Positions 25,801 through 37,488 of a stretch of 64,000 nt of DNA are shown here, piece by piece (position 1 is the stretch's first letter; the number at the start of each line of letters is the position of its first letter). The notes under the pieces are model-generated. The model saw only the letters and a list, made by a program, of their open reading frames with translations, made no database searches and was not told the origin of the DNA. The translations under genes were made by a program, and so were the position numbers. The stretch comes from Tricharina praecox (Eukaryota). The DNA lies in contig NW_026250403.1 in the NCBI RefSeq assembly GCF_024521635.1, positions 2,356,001 to 2,420,000 of the forward strand, written 5' to 3'.

Positions 25801-26098
25801 CCTCCATCATAGCATCGGAATTCGTGTAGAGCGAAGCCAGGAGAGCGACTTTCTGGCCATCGTCGCCGAGCGTCACCTCAAAGATACCGTTCCGTGTCGA
25901 ATTGGTGATGGGGAGAAGATCGAAGGCGAGGATCTCGGCTTTCGTGGTACTTGCATCGGAATCCGCGGAGGCGACGGCGAAGATGGCGAGCAGAACGGTG
26001 AGGAAAAGGCATCGTCGCAGGACGGAGTCGAGGGTGCCGAGGACTCGGGATGACGGACCGAGGGTGGAGAGCGGTAACATTGAGCCCAGCTTCTGCAT
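22864..26098 (-). CDS. Type I membrane protein: signal peptide, pepsin-like (A1) fold lacking both catalytic Asp motifs, inserted Kre9/Knh1-like Ig domain, one TM helix, long Ser/Pro-rich cytoplasmic tail
   Basis: ORFs 25556-26290 and 22864-25497 join through intron 25503-25563 (GTGAGT..GCTGAC..CAG). Pepsin-like motifs FEVTLGDDGQKVALL, GSVVLGGYD, YLGRSFLQHAYIID; TM VGGIVGGIVFLACIIIGIFWYL followed by RRRNRR. Start ATG may be 26098 or 26080. Confidence 0.85.
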
Positions 26099-29000
26099 TT
26101 CCGAACGTCGTCGTGCATACGGTCCAGCTTTCTTTCTTTTTTTCCTTTTCTTCCGCGACGAGGCACTCTCGCTACGAACAACGAACGGACGAACGAGCGA
26201 ACGGATGTATGGGATGGACGGGAAGAGGAAGGAAGAGAAGGCGAGGTGGTGAATAGTCGGGGGAGTGAGAAGGTTCAGCGAGAGAAACACCCCAGTGGTA
26301 CCAGCACCGCAAGAGCTGATATTTCTCTACCGGTGGTCATGCATATATGACCTGGGGGATCCATGCCCGCCGGCCCCCCTTGCCCGCGCCGGCCAATCAC
26401 CGGGGGCAAAATCCATAACATTGGACGGTACGCAGCCCAACACGACTAGGCACCTCGAGGGGGACAAAACGGGACAAGAACCTGGGCGAGCGGGGGAGGC
26501 CTGCGCACGTGCACGGCCTAATCGCGGTAAAGTGGTTGGTGAGGAGGACGGGGACGGGGACGAGGAGGAGGATGAGAGGAGGCAGGGTGGCAGCGCAGAG
26601 TGGCAGAGCAGTGGCAGGCATCCCTTAGGCGATGGATACTACAGTAACCACTCTAGTAGTGACATGAGCATATTGTCAGTTACCGACGGGGATGCTGCAG
26701 TGAGTGAGTGAGGAAGCTACAGAAAGGGGAACGCAGTGTTCGGTATGATATGGTCTGCCTCAAAATTAATGAAGACGTACACACATACGCAGAGTAAGCG
26801 GGAATACTCCAGATAGGTAGGCATCTAGAGTAATGGGCTTCGTGCTCGATGTCCGAAGTCGGCCGTGGATGATTGTTGATGGTGAGATATTTACCATGTA
26901 AATATGGTGCATGCTATAGAATCCGACTATAGACCGACGGGTTGGTGCAGTGCTTGCTCGGTTCTATGTGCTAGGTATACAACCTATGAGACTCTAGCCA
27001 GTCCTGAATACGTCAGGGAAGCTTGGAGTAAGTTCCGCCCGCTGTACGCAAGGATATCGAACACGCGCTTCCCTGAGAACCTCCAGCGTCCATCCATCCA
27101 TCCATCCACGGTCCCCACGAGCAGATTCGCTGGGCAAATAATTTCGGCACAACCGCCCCACGGTCGCCACAGTCTCCACGAAAAACAGCAGAAACGCGGC
27201 CCGGAAGCGGGACGCCAGCCCATCTCCAATAGGTGCATATGCACACACAAGGTGTATATATCTACTCCATGTAGATATGCATAGGAAAACCCCGTCTCGA
27301 AGGCGTGCCAATGACGCCAATGCAGCAAGAATCCCCACCGTTGCAGGAATCTACAGTAGTAAGGAGGCGAGGTTTTAACTCCTCGAATCTAGCCGTGCGC
27401 CGGAGATGCATCGGTAGGTACCAAGTATCCAGGTATGTTGTACTGACAGATCCTAATTTTCCCAGGGTGGGGCTCCGGCGGCTCATTACAGACTTCCATT
27501 AGTCCTCACCGAACATCGACCTTCGAGGGAGATACAAAGGGAGAGAAGCCCAGGGTTCCTCGCCGAACGCAGTTTTCCGTTGACCTCCAGCCCTGATCAA
27601 TGTGTGCATCAAGGATGTGTGCATTTCACTCTCTCCCTCTCTCCAACTAGAGGTTTCGCGGCCGGAACTAAACCCCCCACCAATAACGAATGGATTCATA
27701 AACACGGAGAAGGCCGAACGTGCCGACCCGGACAAATTAGAGCACTAATTATATTCAGGAACGTCTAACGTCTGAATTCTAGATCGTTGAGTCGTTTCGC
27801 TACCGACTGGATGAAGGATGGACTGTCGGGAGCCGCGAATCCACCCGGAAACACACACCTTCTCCATGTTTGTGCCCACGATCACTCTGGCGGCGCCGAG
27901 CGGAACATTCGAAAGGTTGGATTTGGTGCATCTTTGATGTCTATGTCTGCGCATAACTACCAGGTATGCACGGGGCTTTCAAGTTCGTTTGCCAGAACAA
28001 AAGCAACCACCACCCTTTGCCGGGATGCTACACCGATTGAATCTCACGACCACCGAGCCCGGGATGCAGCTCTAGCTGCTACTCTATTTGTTGGCCGGGA
28101 GTTTCGAGGGATTGCCGAATACACTCATCTCGGGGGCTCGTTCCAGCATCCAGACAAGCCGAGGGCCGAAGAAACCCCCCCCCCCCCCGAATCCTGCACT
28201 TTCCTGTCCAGTAGGGTATCCAGTATCCACCAATTCACGGCATCGACTCCACATAGATATGCGGAACTACCCACCGAGGCATGAAACCGTCTACGATTCA
28301 TCGATTTCTATGTACCAAGGATAACCCACTACATAACCCACGGGGTCCTAGCATCCGATCCTCCCTCCTCCTTTCTCGTCCGCCTCCGCCTGCGCCCCCC
28401 CAAATTGCCCGAAATCCCCAAAACAACAGCTACCCACCGAACCTAGCCGAAATCGGTGAGCCTTTTGCCCTCCCCCCCCCCACCCTCCACCCTCCCACCC
28501 ATCCACCCACCTAGCGCTAACCAACGGCGAGAAAGAATTCGCTTTGTTGGCAGGCAAAAGCACGTTAACTAACGTTCTTTCGGGTAGGTATATCTATAAC
28601 TTGGCAGGAGAAACTATTTGGATCTGCCCTTTTTAATTATCAACCGCAGTATCAACTGCAGCAGTCTGCAGTTCGTTCGTCGTTCGTCGTTCGTTCCGGC
28701 CCCAGCCTCGGAAAGTGCTGATCGTTTTTTCCGTTTCCGCACAAAGCTGTCACTCCCGAGTCCCGACGTGCGATCGAAATCAATCCGTCGGCCTTTTCCC
28801 CGGAAGAAACATCCCTTAGTTATCGAGTTAGCCGGATTGAGTCCGCCCTTCCTTCCTTCCTTCCTTTCTCCTATTCTCTCAATTCCACTCGTCCCCGTGG
28901 AGTTTCTGATGCCAAGCGTGTCTATTTCACCGTACTCTACCATACTCTACAGTAAAAATAAAAGTATGTGTCACTCCTGATGCCAAAACTTCGAATTCAA

Positions 29001-29165
29001 GGGCCACTATTGTGCGTAGAGTGTCATCATTACCGGCATGTATTCCATGTGGTTGGTTACTTGCTTGCCGTTCTCGCCGACACCTGCCGTAGCGGCGCAC
29101 GCGAGACCAGCACTCCAGGAGCTAGGGAACCCAGACTCAGTCTGGTGGCCGGGCAAAAAACATAG

Positions 29166-29251
29166 TCCCTCCGACCAGAGTCGAACTGGTGACCAACGGA
29201 TGACAACTTTACTATTACAGTCCGGTGTGATACCAACTACACCACAGAGGG
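29166..29251 (-). tRNA. tRNA-Tyr(GTA) with 13-nt intron (TAGTAAAGTTGTC), copy 3
   Basis: Reverse complement identical to copies 1 and 2 outside the intron; T6 terminator on the minus strand (plus-strand A run at 29155-29160). Confidence 0.95.
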
Positions 29252-29793
29252 ATTGGATAATTGCTGCAGGCTGGGGATTATTATATTGAAAGAGTGGAGT
29301 TGCTCGGATAACTATCGCCCGCTTTTGGGTATACCTGGGTAGGGTAGGTAGGGCTGACGGTGGATGGCGGTGGATGGCGGATCGGGAAGCTTGAAACGCG
29401 TACACTACATACTCTCAAAGTGTTGCTACCTACCAAATGTACTGCCTCCAGTGGTAGTATCATATCATATCGACCTCGTTTAGAGTACATACATTGCGGC
29501 ACACTGCGGCACACTGCGGGGGAGGGGGAGTCGCAGTTGATTGCGTAGAGTACCGTACATACCGGTACAATCCCATAGATAGCATATAGCTGACACCTAC
29601 CTGGTATATTGAATGTGTCGCTGTTGGGGGTCACACAACGTGAAGAATTCGACATAGATGGGTACTCTATGCGCGTACCAGACTGGCAGACTGACAGTGT
29701 GCCTTAACTGTGGTATCTATAGAGCAGGTAGAGTACATACCTGGTAGTCACCTACCTCTTACTCTCCGCATACTCATCATTGCATTGCGTTGC

Positions 29794-29855
29794 ATTGACT
29801 GGATTGATTGGATTGATTGGATTGATTGGATTGATTGGATTGATTGGATTGACTG
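29794..29855. repeat. 9-bp tandem repeat (ATTGATTGG) about 6-7 copies
   Basis: Directly visible; produces the spurious IDW/PIN/QSI repeat ORFs. Confidence 0.93.
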
Positions 29856-32800
29856 TCGTCTCCCTCCAAAGCTCACACAGCATGAAAATGCGCAATGTGC
29901 AATGTGCAATGTGCAACAAATATTCGCCCCGGCCCCCCAAGGCCCCAAGCAAGGCCCAAGCTTCGCACCGACTTCGCACCGATACTAATACCAAGCCGGG
30001 AGAAACTCCGGGAGAAACTTGAGAAACTCCAGGAGCGATGGGTCGGGAGTGACGCGTCAAGAGTCGGGACCCCGAACTCGAACTCAGAACACATCCCGTA
30101 TACATGGCATAGGCTCCGCTTGGATGCTCGCGCTATACCGTGGTAGCTAGAGTAGACTCGGGAGCCGTAGCCGCGGCATCGGATCCGCCGCCGCCGCCAA
30201 TCAAAGCTCCGAGCACTCGCGAGCCGTCGAGTCGTCGGGCGTCGAGGGGATTGACTGGCTGGCCGATGATGACTATGGAATATTGACAGCGAAGAAGAAG
30301 GAGCCGATTACTGATCAGGCAGCCCCCCGTCCCCGTCCCCGGTCCCCCGGAGTCATCGACTCATCGGTCTAAGGGCCAATGCCGAAGAAGAAGAAGAAGA
30401 AGAAGTCGGCGAGTCTTTTCGGGTGCACCGTGCGGCTCTCGAGTCTCGAATCTCGACCGAAGCGTCCTACTCTGGAGTACGGGAGGGAGCGAGGGAGGGA
30501 GGGAGGGCGCATGGACTCTCCTGCAACATGGCGTTTGTGGAGGGGTGCGAGGAAGGGTGCGTGCAGTCTGTACTCTGGACTCTGGACTCGTGCAACTTGC
30601 AACTTGCAACAACCTCACGAGCGTCATCCGCGGGAGGGAGGGAGGGAGGGAGGGAAGTGCCCGAGGAGGTGAGTGACCACCTCCACCGCAACTGCAACCC
30701 ATCGAGCCCAAGATCTGGATAACCACTTACCCACTTACCCACTCACTTGCCCTTCCGCATCGTGACCCCACACGAACAGGACAGGACAGGGGGATGCACT
30801 GCGACGGTCCCGAGGCCTCAGGCCAAGCTTTGCCTCCGTGGGGTCCGCGACTGCACGACTGCACGACTCCGCGACTGCTCGACTGCACAAGCCGTGTGTC
30901 CCACCTCCCACCTCCCACCTCCCACCTCCCACCTCCTCGGTGTGCGCAGTGTGCAGTGTGCTGCACCTACATACTAGTAGTAGATGCCGTAACCGCCGCC
31001 GTGCTGCACTTCGGCAGCTGAGTTTGTTTGTTCGACGGTGCGGTACCGTACTCTACAGGTTGGTCGCACGGCATTCGTTCGTTCGTCAGCTTCGTGCGTG
31101 CGTGCGGAGGGGGAGGCGGCGGTAAAAGCTTTGGGCGGTGGGCGGCGGGCGGCAACAGACGACGTTTCGGCCAGTGGTTGGGCGTGTTGGTTCGGGGGCA
31201 AGCCAACAGAAACAATACATACGGGTTGAGACAAGAGGCGGTCCATGCATCGCTGATCGTCGGCCGTAATGCCGTATCGTACATAGTCCTGTATGTAGTT
31301 GCATACATACCTAGACTACCGACACCCGCCCGGAGCGAACTCCCAGTCTCCCACCATGCAGAACGAACTCCCACTGTCGCAGTGTCGCAGTGTTGCAGCT
31401 TCGCCGAGCATCGGATTCTCTTTCGAACCCCCCCACGGGATGGTGACGCCGACAGGCACACGTCTCGTTAGTTACATGTAGATACCTTACTCATTCATGT
31501 ATGTGGTACATACGCAGGTTTTTTCTCTCTCTGCGAACTGCGAACGCGGTTATATGTAGAGTAGATACGGTGGTTATAGCAAGGGTTCAACTGCAAGCCG
31601 GCTCCAGCAGCAGCAGTTTTGTTCCTGCTTTGTCCTGCTCGGGCCCTGTTGATTCTTGAATGGCGAAATGCGAAATGCGCCGCGCTGTCGTCGTCGATAA
31701 CAGGCGTCGCAACCGATGTTGATACACTCTGCTCTACGTACCGGTAGGTAGATACCTTGCTTGTAGAGTAACCTTGCACGCAATCTACGGCTGACAGACA
31801 GACAGCTTGTAAACAAGTCGCCTGTCGTGCTTTGGCGAACGTGAACCGTGAACGCGAAAGGTGAAGCAGGCAGGGAAAAAGAAGAAAAGAAAGCAAGGGC
31901 CACCCGGTAACGCTCCGAATTCCCACTAGTTACTGCAACTGCAACCTGAGCGACCGATCGCCACATAGAGTATTGACAAGTAGTTATCCTCCCAGTCAGC
32001 AGTCACTCATGGGATATCAATCGCCGCAAAGGGGCAACGAATTCATATACATAGCCAACTCGTCCACCCCACCCACTCAGGTGCACCTATGCAGCACCAG
32101 TAGTTTCCAGCGGCGAGAGCATCTGGGCTGCGCCCCGAGCACGGAGCACGGAGCGCTGGCGCGCCCGGCCCGGGTGAAACGGGTGAAGAGACCCTGGGCC
32201 CATCAGCCAGTTAGCGGGGAGGACGGGTGAGGCCCGATCTTGTCGTGGCGACAAGAATAATGAAATAGAAGGAGGTCCAAAGGAATTGGGAGAGCTTTAT
32301 TTCGTCATGACAATTTCTGTGGCGCAAGGGATCGATAGTAGAGTATCGACGGGATGGAAAAGCGGTTATCGGCTCGTTTAGAGGACTGATGGAATTTAGG
32401 GAAGAGAAGAGATCACCTGCGGAGCTCAAGCCGGCGCATCGTAATGTGGGGATGGCGCACTTAGTACCACAGAGTGCGGATCGTGGACCGGCCCTGTTCT
32501 AGACGTGCTCACACGATGTCACTCGGCGTAAACGACCGATCAAAAACGAGCAAGAATAATCAAACATAGCATTTGAAACAGGAGAAGCAGAAGATGAGCA
32601 AGTAATAGTCTTCAGGCGTGATGAAATATTGATAGCTAACCTCAATGTATCTGCTCTTTCGGGACGCCTTGGGTTGGAACTTGGGCAACTCGAACAGCGT
32701 ATAATTCGATTCTATACACCCTTCTTTGCGAAGTTGCGGTTGTATTCTTCCCATCTCATCCCACCTTTATGGCGATGATGACCTTTTGCCTCTCGAGTAT

Positions 32801-33116
32801 CACCAAGATCAAGAACATTCAATTTACATATCCCTATCAAATGGCATCCGCCGTCCTCGCCTCAAAACAGGACGGGCGGACCGTGGGGAATTTTGACAGC
32901 TGATTGATGCCAAAAACCGGTCAACTGGATTGGGCCTCACCAGGTACCATTGAAAGAGCACCATTCTTCTTGAACCGCAATTGAACCGTCAAGCAGTACA
33001 AAAACCTATACCGAGCAGATCATTCAACCATAGCTCGCGCGTCTATATCCAGGGAGGAGTGGGCACATCCCACCGTTCCTGAGTCTCGCTAACGCAACTA
33101 ACATTACGATCACACC

Positions 33117-33567
33117 ATGCCGATAAACACCTACGAAACCCTTGTTGGCCTCGAGCTCATACTGGCCTTATGCCTGAGCTCCCTTATCCTCCGCTATCTT
33201 TGCGACGTCTGCGCGGTTATTTTGCGGGCGCAAAGGAAACATTTTTTCCAGGCACCGCGTTTTCGATACCCCTATAGAAGACCATGGGTTTTCATGATCC
33301 TCTGGCACGAGATTCGCCCGCCGAGTGGTAGGTCTAACGTACGTTGCTCTATGATATGCACTCCTGCCTGCTGCTTGTGATGTTTAACCACATATCTGAC
33401 AGAACGAACACGTACAGTCATTCCTCGTCCTCCGCCTCTTCGTACTGTCGGTGTGGCTCCTGGCAGTGCTGAATATGACTTTACTGCTCCACTTCTCGCA
33501 CGGCGTCGAGGGGTGGGAAATCCACTGGGATAAGTTCCCGGCGGCGACGCATATGCGGCATATTTAG
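33117..33567 (+). CDS. Putative small (123 aa) two-TM orphan membrane protein, 2 exons
   Basis: ATG in CACC context; intron 33339-33417 (GTACGT..CTGAC..CAG) joins two hydrophobic segments in frame (LVGLELILALCLSSLIL; FLVLRLFVLSVWLLAVLNMTLLL); no homology recognised. Confidence 0.4.
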
Positions 33568-33769
33568 CAGGCCGCTTGGTAGACCGATACCGGTCGGCAG
33601 GGCTTTCTTTAGCGGTGCGTCTGCTTGTTTGAGAGGTTGAACCGAAGTGTTCTATTTCTATGACGACGAGTATCCAGACGTTGGGACGTGCAGCTTGGGA
33701 TTCATACCAGGTAACGGTATGTTCGATTCCATCGTCCGAACACAAAAGCCGAACGCAATCGTCAATCTA

Positions 33770-34595
33770 GGTTGTGGGACTCGGGGGGGGGGCAGACCAG
33801 ATTCGGTCGCCTCAACATTGAGGTGTTCTCTGTTGCTACTTTCATGTTCAGTCACAAGGCACGAGACATAGACCTTATCACCACCATCAGGCATTAGTTT
33901 AACATTGCGGAGATACTTCGATGTTGTTCGGACTGAAGAAGACAGGCTGCTTTTCTTTTCTTTTCTTGTTGGTTTCTAGTCAATTAAATTGGTCACCCCC
34001 AGTTGCCCGTACCCGTTGCAGGTCTCTCAGTATCTAAGCAAAGTGCTTGTATGTACAATGTTCACGGCTTTACTAGCGGACATGGAGACGAGAGCGTGGC
34101 TGTAGAGGCGGAATGAGAGTTGCAATTTCGTCATCAGGCATACGAATTGGCTGTATATACCGGTATGTTCCATCCACCTGTGGACGTATTCTTTCTTGTG
34201 TACGCACTGGTCAAAGTATGTACATTGCGGCGAGCCCAATGACGACGTCGACGATGGGCGTCCACTCGTATACGGCAGGTATTAAACTGTTACCCAGTAA
34301 CCCGGCCGTCTGTACGGCCGCGTTCGACCACTGCCTCAGTTAGCCTGGTGAGATTGGTATTGTGGGACTCGGTCGGTCCAACGTTGAGATGATGTTACTT
34401 TTTGTGTTCGTTTGGTCGGTTGGTAAACACACACAACCATCATAGACCTTATCACCCCTCATAATCATCATCATTGTTCATCCTCATCTCGCCATTCAAC
34501 GTTCGGGGTACCTACTTGAGGTTCATCACCTGACGAACATAGGTGACTCTCTTCTTCCAGTGTCGTCTCTCTTTCTAGTCAAATACAATCGGTCG
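33770..34595. repeat. Decayed direct duplication (about 225-bp units at ~33770-33995 and ~34360-34595)
   Basis: Colinear shared anchors TTGTGGGACTCGG (33772/34360), CATAGACCTTATCACC (33867/34441), TTTCTAGTCAA (33973/34572). Confidence 0.7.
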
Positions 34596-35655
34596 TCTAT
34601 CTTCTTATCAAAGTTGCCTGAGGGTCATCTCGTCCCTAGTGCTTCAATATGCATGCTGGCGAAGGTTGAGAATACCAGGTAGGTACCTACATAGCATGAG
34701 ATATACTTTCCACCCTCTGGCCGGCGCTCCTGTCTTCCCGAAGCCTACCTCTTAGATGGCATAACGGACGTGTAAGTGTGACGCGCAATGTAGCCCATAA
34801 GTGGGTGAAAGAGGAGGTTTCGTCGGCTTTAGAGTACGTCTTTTACTACCGTCTGCTAGAAAGTTGAAACTCAGTGCATGTCATACTCCGCCGAAGGCTG
34901 GCACCGAGTGAGTCGGATCGAGTCGACAGTGCTCGTATCCAACACATCATCGCAGCCGAGAGGAGGGGGGAGGAGGCTCCGGGACCACAGCGGATGACGC
35001 AGTAATCGCCGGTTAGGACCGACCGAGTGCTGTCAACTCTAATCTGCTCTTGACGCCTCATTCAAAGTTAATGACGAGGGGTGCAACAGCCATTGAAGCC
35101 AGTCGGACCGAAGCCCCACATTCTGGCAATCGAGTAACTAACCCTACGGTAGACTTCTGAGTGTCAATTGACGCTCGAAGCGTCATTACGGTATGGGATG
35201 TCCTCGTTGCTGTTAGCTACGCAATGAAGGGAATATGCGAATCGATTCATACGCAGATGACCCCTCAGTTCGCTATTCATTCGACAGCTGGGTTGGCCCA
35301 TTCGTTCTCCTACTCTGTTTTGGACATTGCGTCGACCCTTCCAAGCTCCCTTCTGCTCCCCACACGTAACCAGACCATAATGCGCCCCACCACCCTCTGG
35401 AATAGCACAATCAAAGTTACGCCATCCCTCCGACAGACTCAAGGTGTGGGCCTACTGGAAAGTATTGTCCACCAAGAAGTCAAATACCACAACAGGGTCC
35501 AGGAGCCGGCCATATCCAACTGGTCGAACGGTAATCTCATCATAATTACCAGCCTTCAAAACCCCCTCTTATCCCCCTCGTAATTCCCTCCTTTCCCCAC
35601 ATCAACCCTGACATCTTTTTCACCGACATCTAATCTTTTTCACTCGAGAAGAATA

Positions 35656-37488
35656 ATGGCCGTTGTTTCGAAACCCCCCTCTTCACACCTATCGAGATCC
35701 GAGCACGGGCCCGATCCCGATCTTCTTGCGTCCTCTCTCGCCGACTGGCATCAAGCCATGGACAGCGGACATGCACGCACGCAGCCAGTCCCAATCCCGC
35801 GACCCCACGGCCAGCGCAGCAGAGCGTTCCTGGCCGAAGAAGACCCGCCGAACTCTAAGTCCGTCCCCGATTCGAGCCCGAAATCTTCTCCGACTAGGAT
35901 TTCTTCCTTCCGCCAGCGGTTCGGTCCCAGGAAACGAAAGCGAAGCGCCGACGGCGAAGCCCTCAAGTTGAAGCTCGCCTCATCCGCTCCCGCCGCCGCC
36001 GGGTTTCCCTCCGACACCACCACCGCCACCACCACGGAGCTGCCCCCGGATTCCGTCAAGGATGGGTTCAGCAGAGCTCACGTTCAGGAAGCTCGGATGA
36101 ACCTGAATGCCATCTGTGAAGCCGCGGAGGCGGTATCCGCGAGAGTAGCCGCTCTCGTTGATGCGTGTGGGCAGAGAAGGAGACGCCAACTTGTCTCTTG
36201 CCCTGTGTCTCGTTATGAATACTGGAAGGGGGGGACTCGGTGCCCGAGATGCCACATTGAGGAATTCCGGAAGCCGTTTGATCTCAAGAAGTGGGCAGCG
36301 AAGAAGGGAGTAGCCAAGATCGAAATCTCTGCCGCGAGTGACGGAAAGTGTGATCCAGCGTACGAAAGAGCGAACGACAAAGAGGGAGACAGCAGCACGG
36401 GCGATGAAGATAGCGATCCGGAGCCGTTACTGCTGGCAAGGTGGCGCAAGAAGCCCAGCGCCGTCGCCGACTCCGTCTCCCTCTCCGCCAAGGAAGAATA
36501 CGAGATCATCGCGCAACACCTGCGGGAGTTCCTGCAGGGCGAGGTCATGACGCGGGTCGAGATGACGCGCGCCGGCGAGTACGAGCGGACACCCGTCAAG
36601 CCCCGACGTCGCCGCCGGGCAAAGCAAGCTGAACACAGCCCCTGGCAGACCGGCTTCTGCGAAGGCCCCATCCTGTCAGCCATGGACATGTGTGCCCCAT
36701 GTCCGAATATGCTCCGCTCCTGCGAGGACTGTCCGTTCCCCAGGTGCGAGGCGACGGAATACAGACCGCCCAGACCAACACCGCCCGGAATCCCGTTCAG
36801 CTGCTTTGCTCCCCGCAACCCCCGCATGTATAAAAACGGAACGAATAGCACTCCCTGCGGCATCTCCTGCCGCCCGTGCGCCGAGACCGATGTGTACCAC
36901 GTTACCAGCGCGCACCTCGAGCTGTGCTACACGATCGAGCGCACCATCAAGCGCTCCAGCATCAGCTTGCAGCGGAACATGCTGAAGCTTTCCGAGCTGT
37001 GTGCCCTGGGTGGCACCATCACCGAAAGCTTCGACGACATCAAGAAGACGGTGGCGTACTGGCGGGATCTTGACGAGGTCTTGAAGGACTGGGGCTGGGT
37101 GATCGCTCGACATCAACCCAAAAATTGGGCGGAGGCTAGGGAAGCCTGCAGACTCGAGGTCGAGAAGGCGAGGAATCCGACGGATGAGAGTGTTCTCGAT
37201 GATTGCGGGGCTTGGTTACTGCTACTGGGTCCGAAGATGCAGCGGATGGATGCGATATTGGCGCAAGACGACGAGATTCAGTTGCATTGGGAAATCCACT
37301 ACCGGATCCAGCAAATCTACAGGCAGCAGGAGGTCGATGTGGAAAAGGATTGGCAGGATGAAAAGAAGAGGCAGGGCTGGAAGAGCATACCGACGATGAA
37401 GCCCAGGAGGATGTCTGTTAAAGATGTGTCGACTTGGGCTTGGCGGATTGTGACTGCATTTCTGAAGACGAGAGGCGAGCGGGGGTAA
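35656..37488 (+). CDS. Hypothetical 610-aa protein, Cys-rich central region, helical C-terminus
   Basis: Long intronless ORF with coding-like GC3 bias, AATAATGG start context and a pyrimidine-rich leader; no family recognised. Confidence 0.8.
   Translation: MAVVSKPPSSHLSRSEHGPDPDLLASSLADWHQAMDSGHARTQPVPIPRPHGQRSRAFLAEEDPPNSKSVPDSSPKSSPTRISSFRQRFGPRKRKRSADGEALKLKLASSAPAAAGFPSDTTTATTTELPPDSVKDGFSRAHVQEARMNLNAICEAAEAVSARVAALVDACGQRRRRQLVSCPVSRYEYWKGGTRCPRCHIEEFRKPFDLKKWAAKKGVAKIEISAASDGKCDPAYERANDKEGDSSTGDEDSDPEPLLLARWRKKPSAVADSVSLSAKEEYEIIAQHLREFLQGEVMTRVEMTRAGEYERTPVKPRRRRRAKQAEHSPWQTGFCEGPILSAMDMCAPCPNMLRSCEDCPFPRCEATEYRPPRPTPPGIPFSCFAPRNPRMYKNGTNSTPCGISCRPCAETDVYHVTSAHLELCYTIERTIKRSSISLQRNMLKLSELCALGGTITESFDDIKKTVAYWRDLDEVLKDWGWVIARHQPKNWAEAREACRLEVEKARNPTDESVLDDCGAWLLLLGPKMQRMDAILAQDDEIQLHWEIHYRIQQIYRQQEVDVEKDWQDEKKRQGWKSIPTMKPRRMSVKDVSTWAWRIVTAFLKTRGERG

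Noticed and set aside
29710-30105. IDW/PIN/QSI repeat ORFs as RiPP or pheromone precursors
   Set aside because: 9-bp microsatellite open in several frames; no leader, processing sites or nearby biosynthetic genes.
30262-30320. Possible C/D-box snoRNA (ATGATGA..CTGA)
   Set aside because: Only ~50 nt between the boxes, weak terminal stem, and only short G-U-containing complementarity to recalled rRNA sequence; needs snoscan/Infernal.
32560-32754. Faint resemblance of SRKSRYIEVSYQYF to the copia RNase H motif
   Set aside because: Too short; no RT, integrase or LTR nearby.
35161-35583. 140-aa GTG-start ORF upstream of the Cys-rich gene
   Set aside because: Non-ATG start, no motifs; likely promoter or 5-prime UTR.
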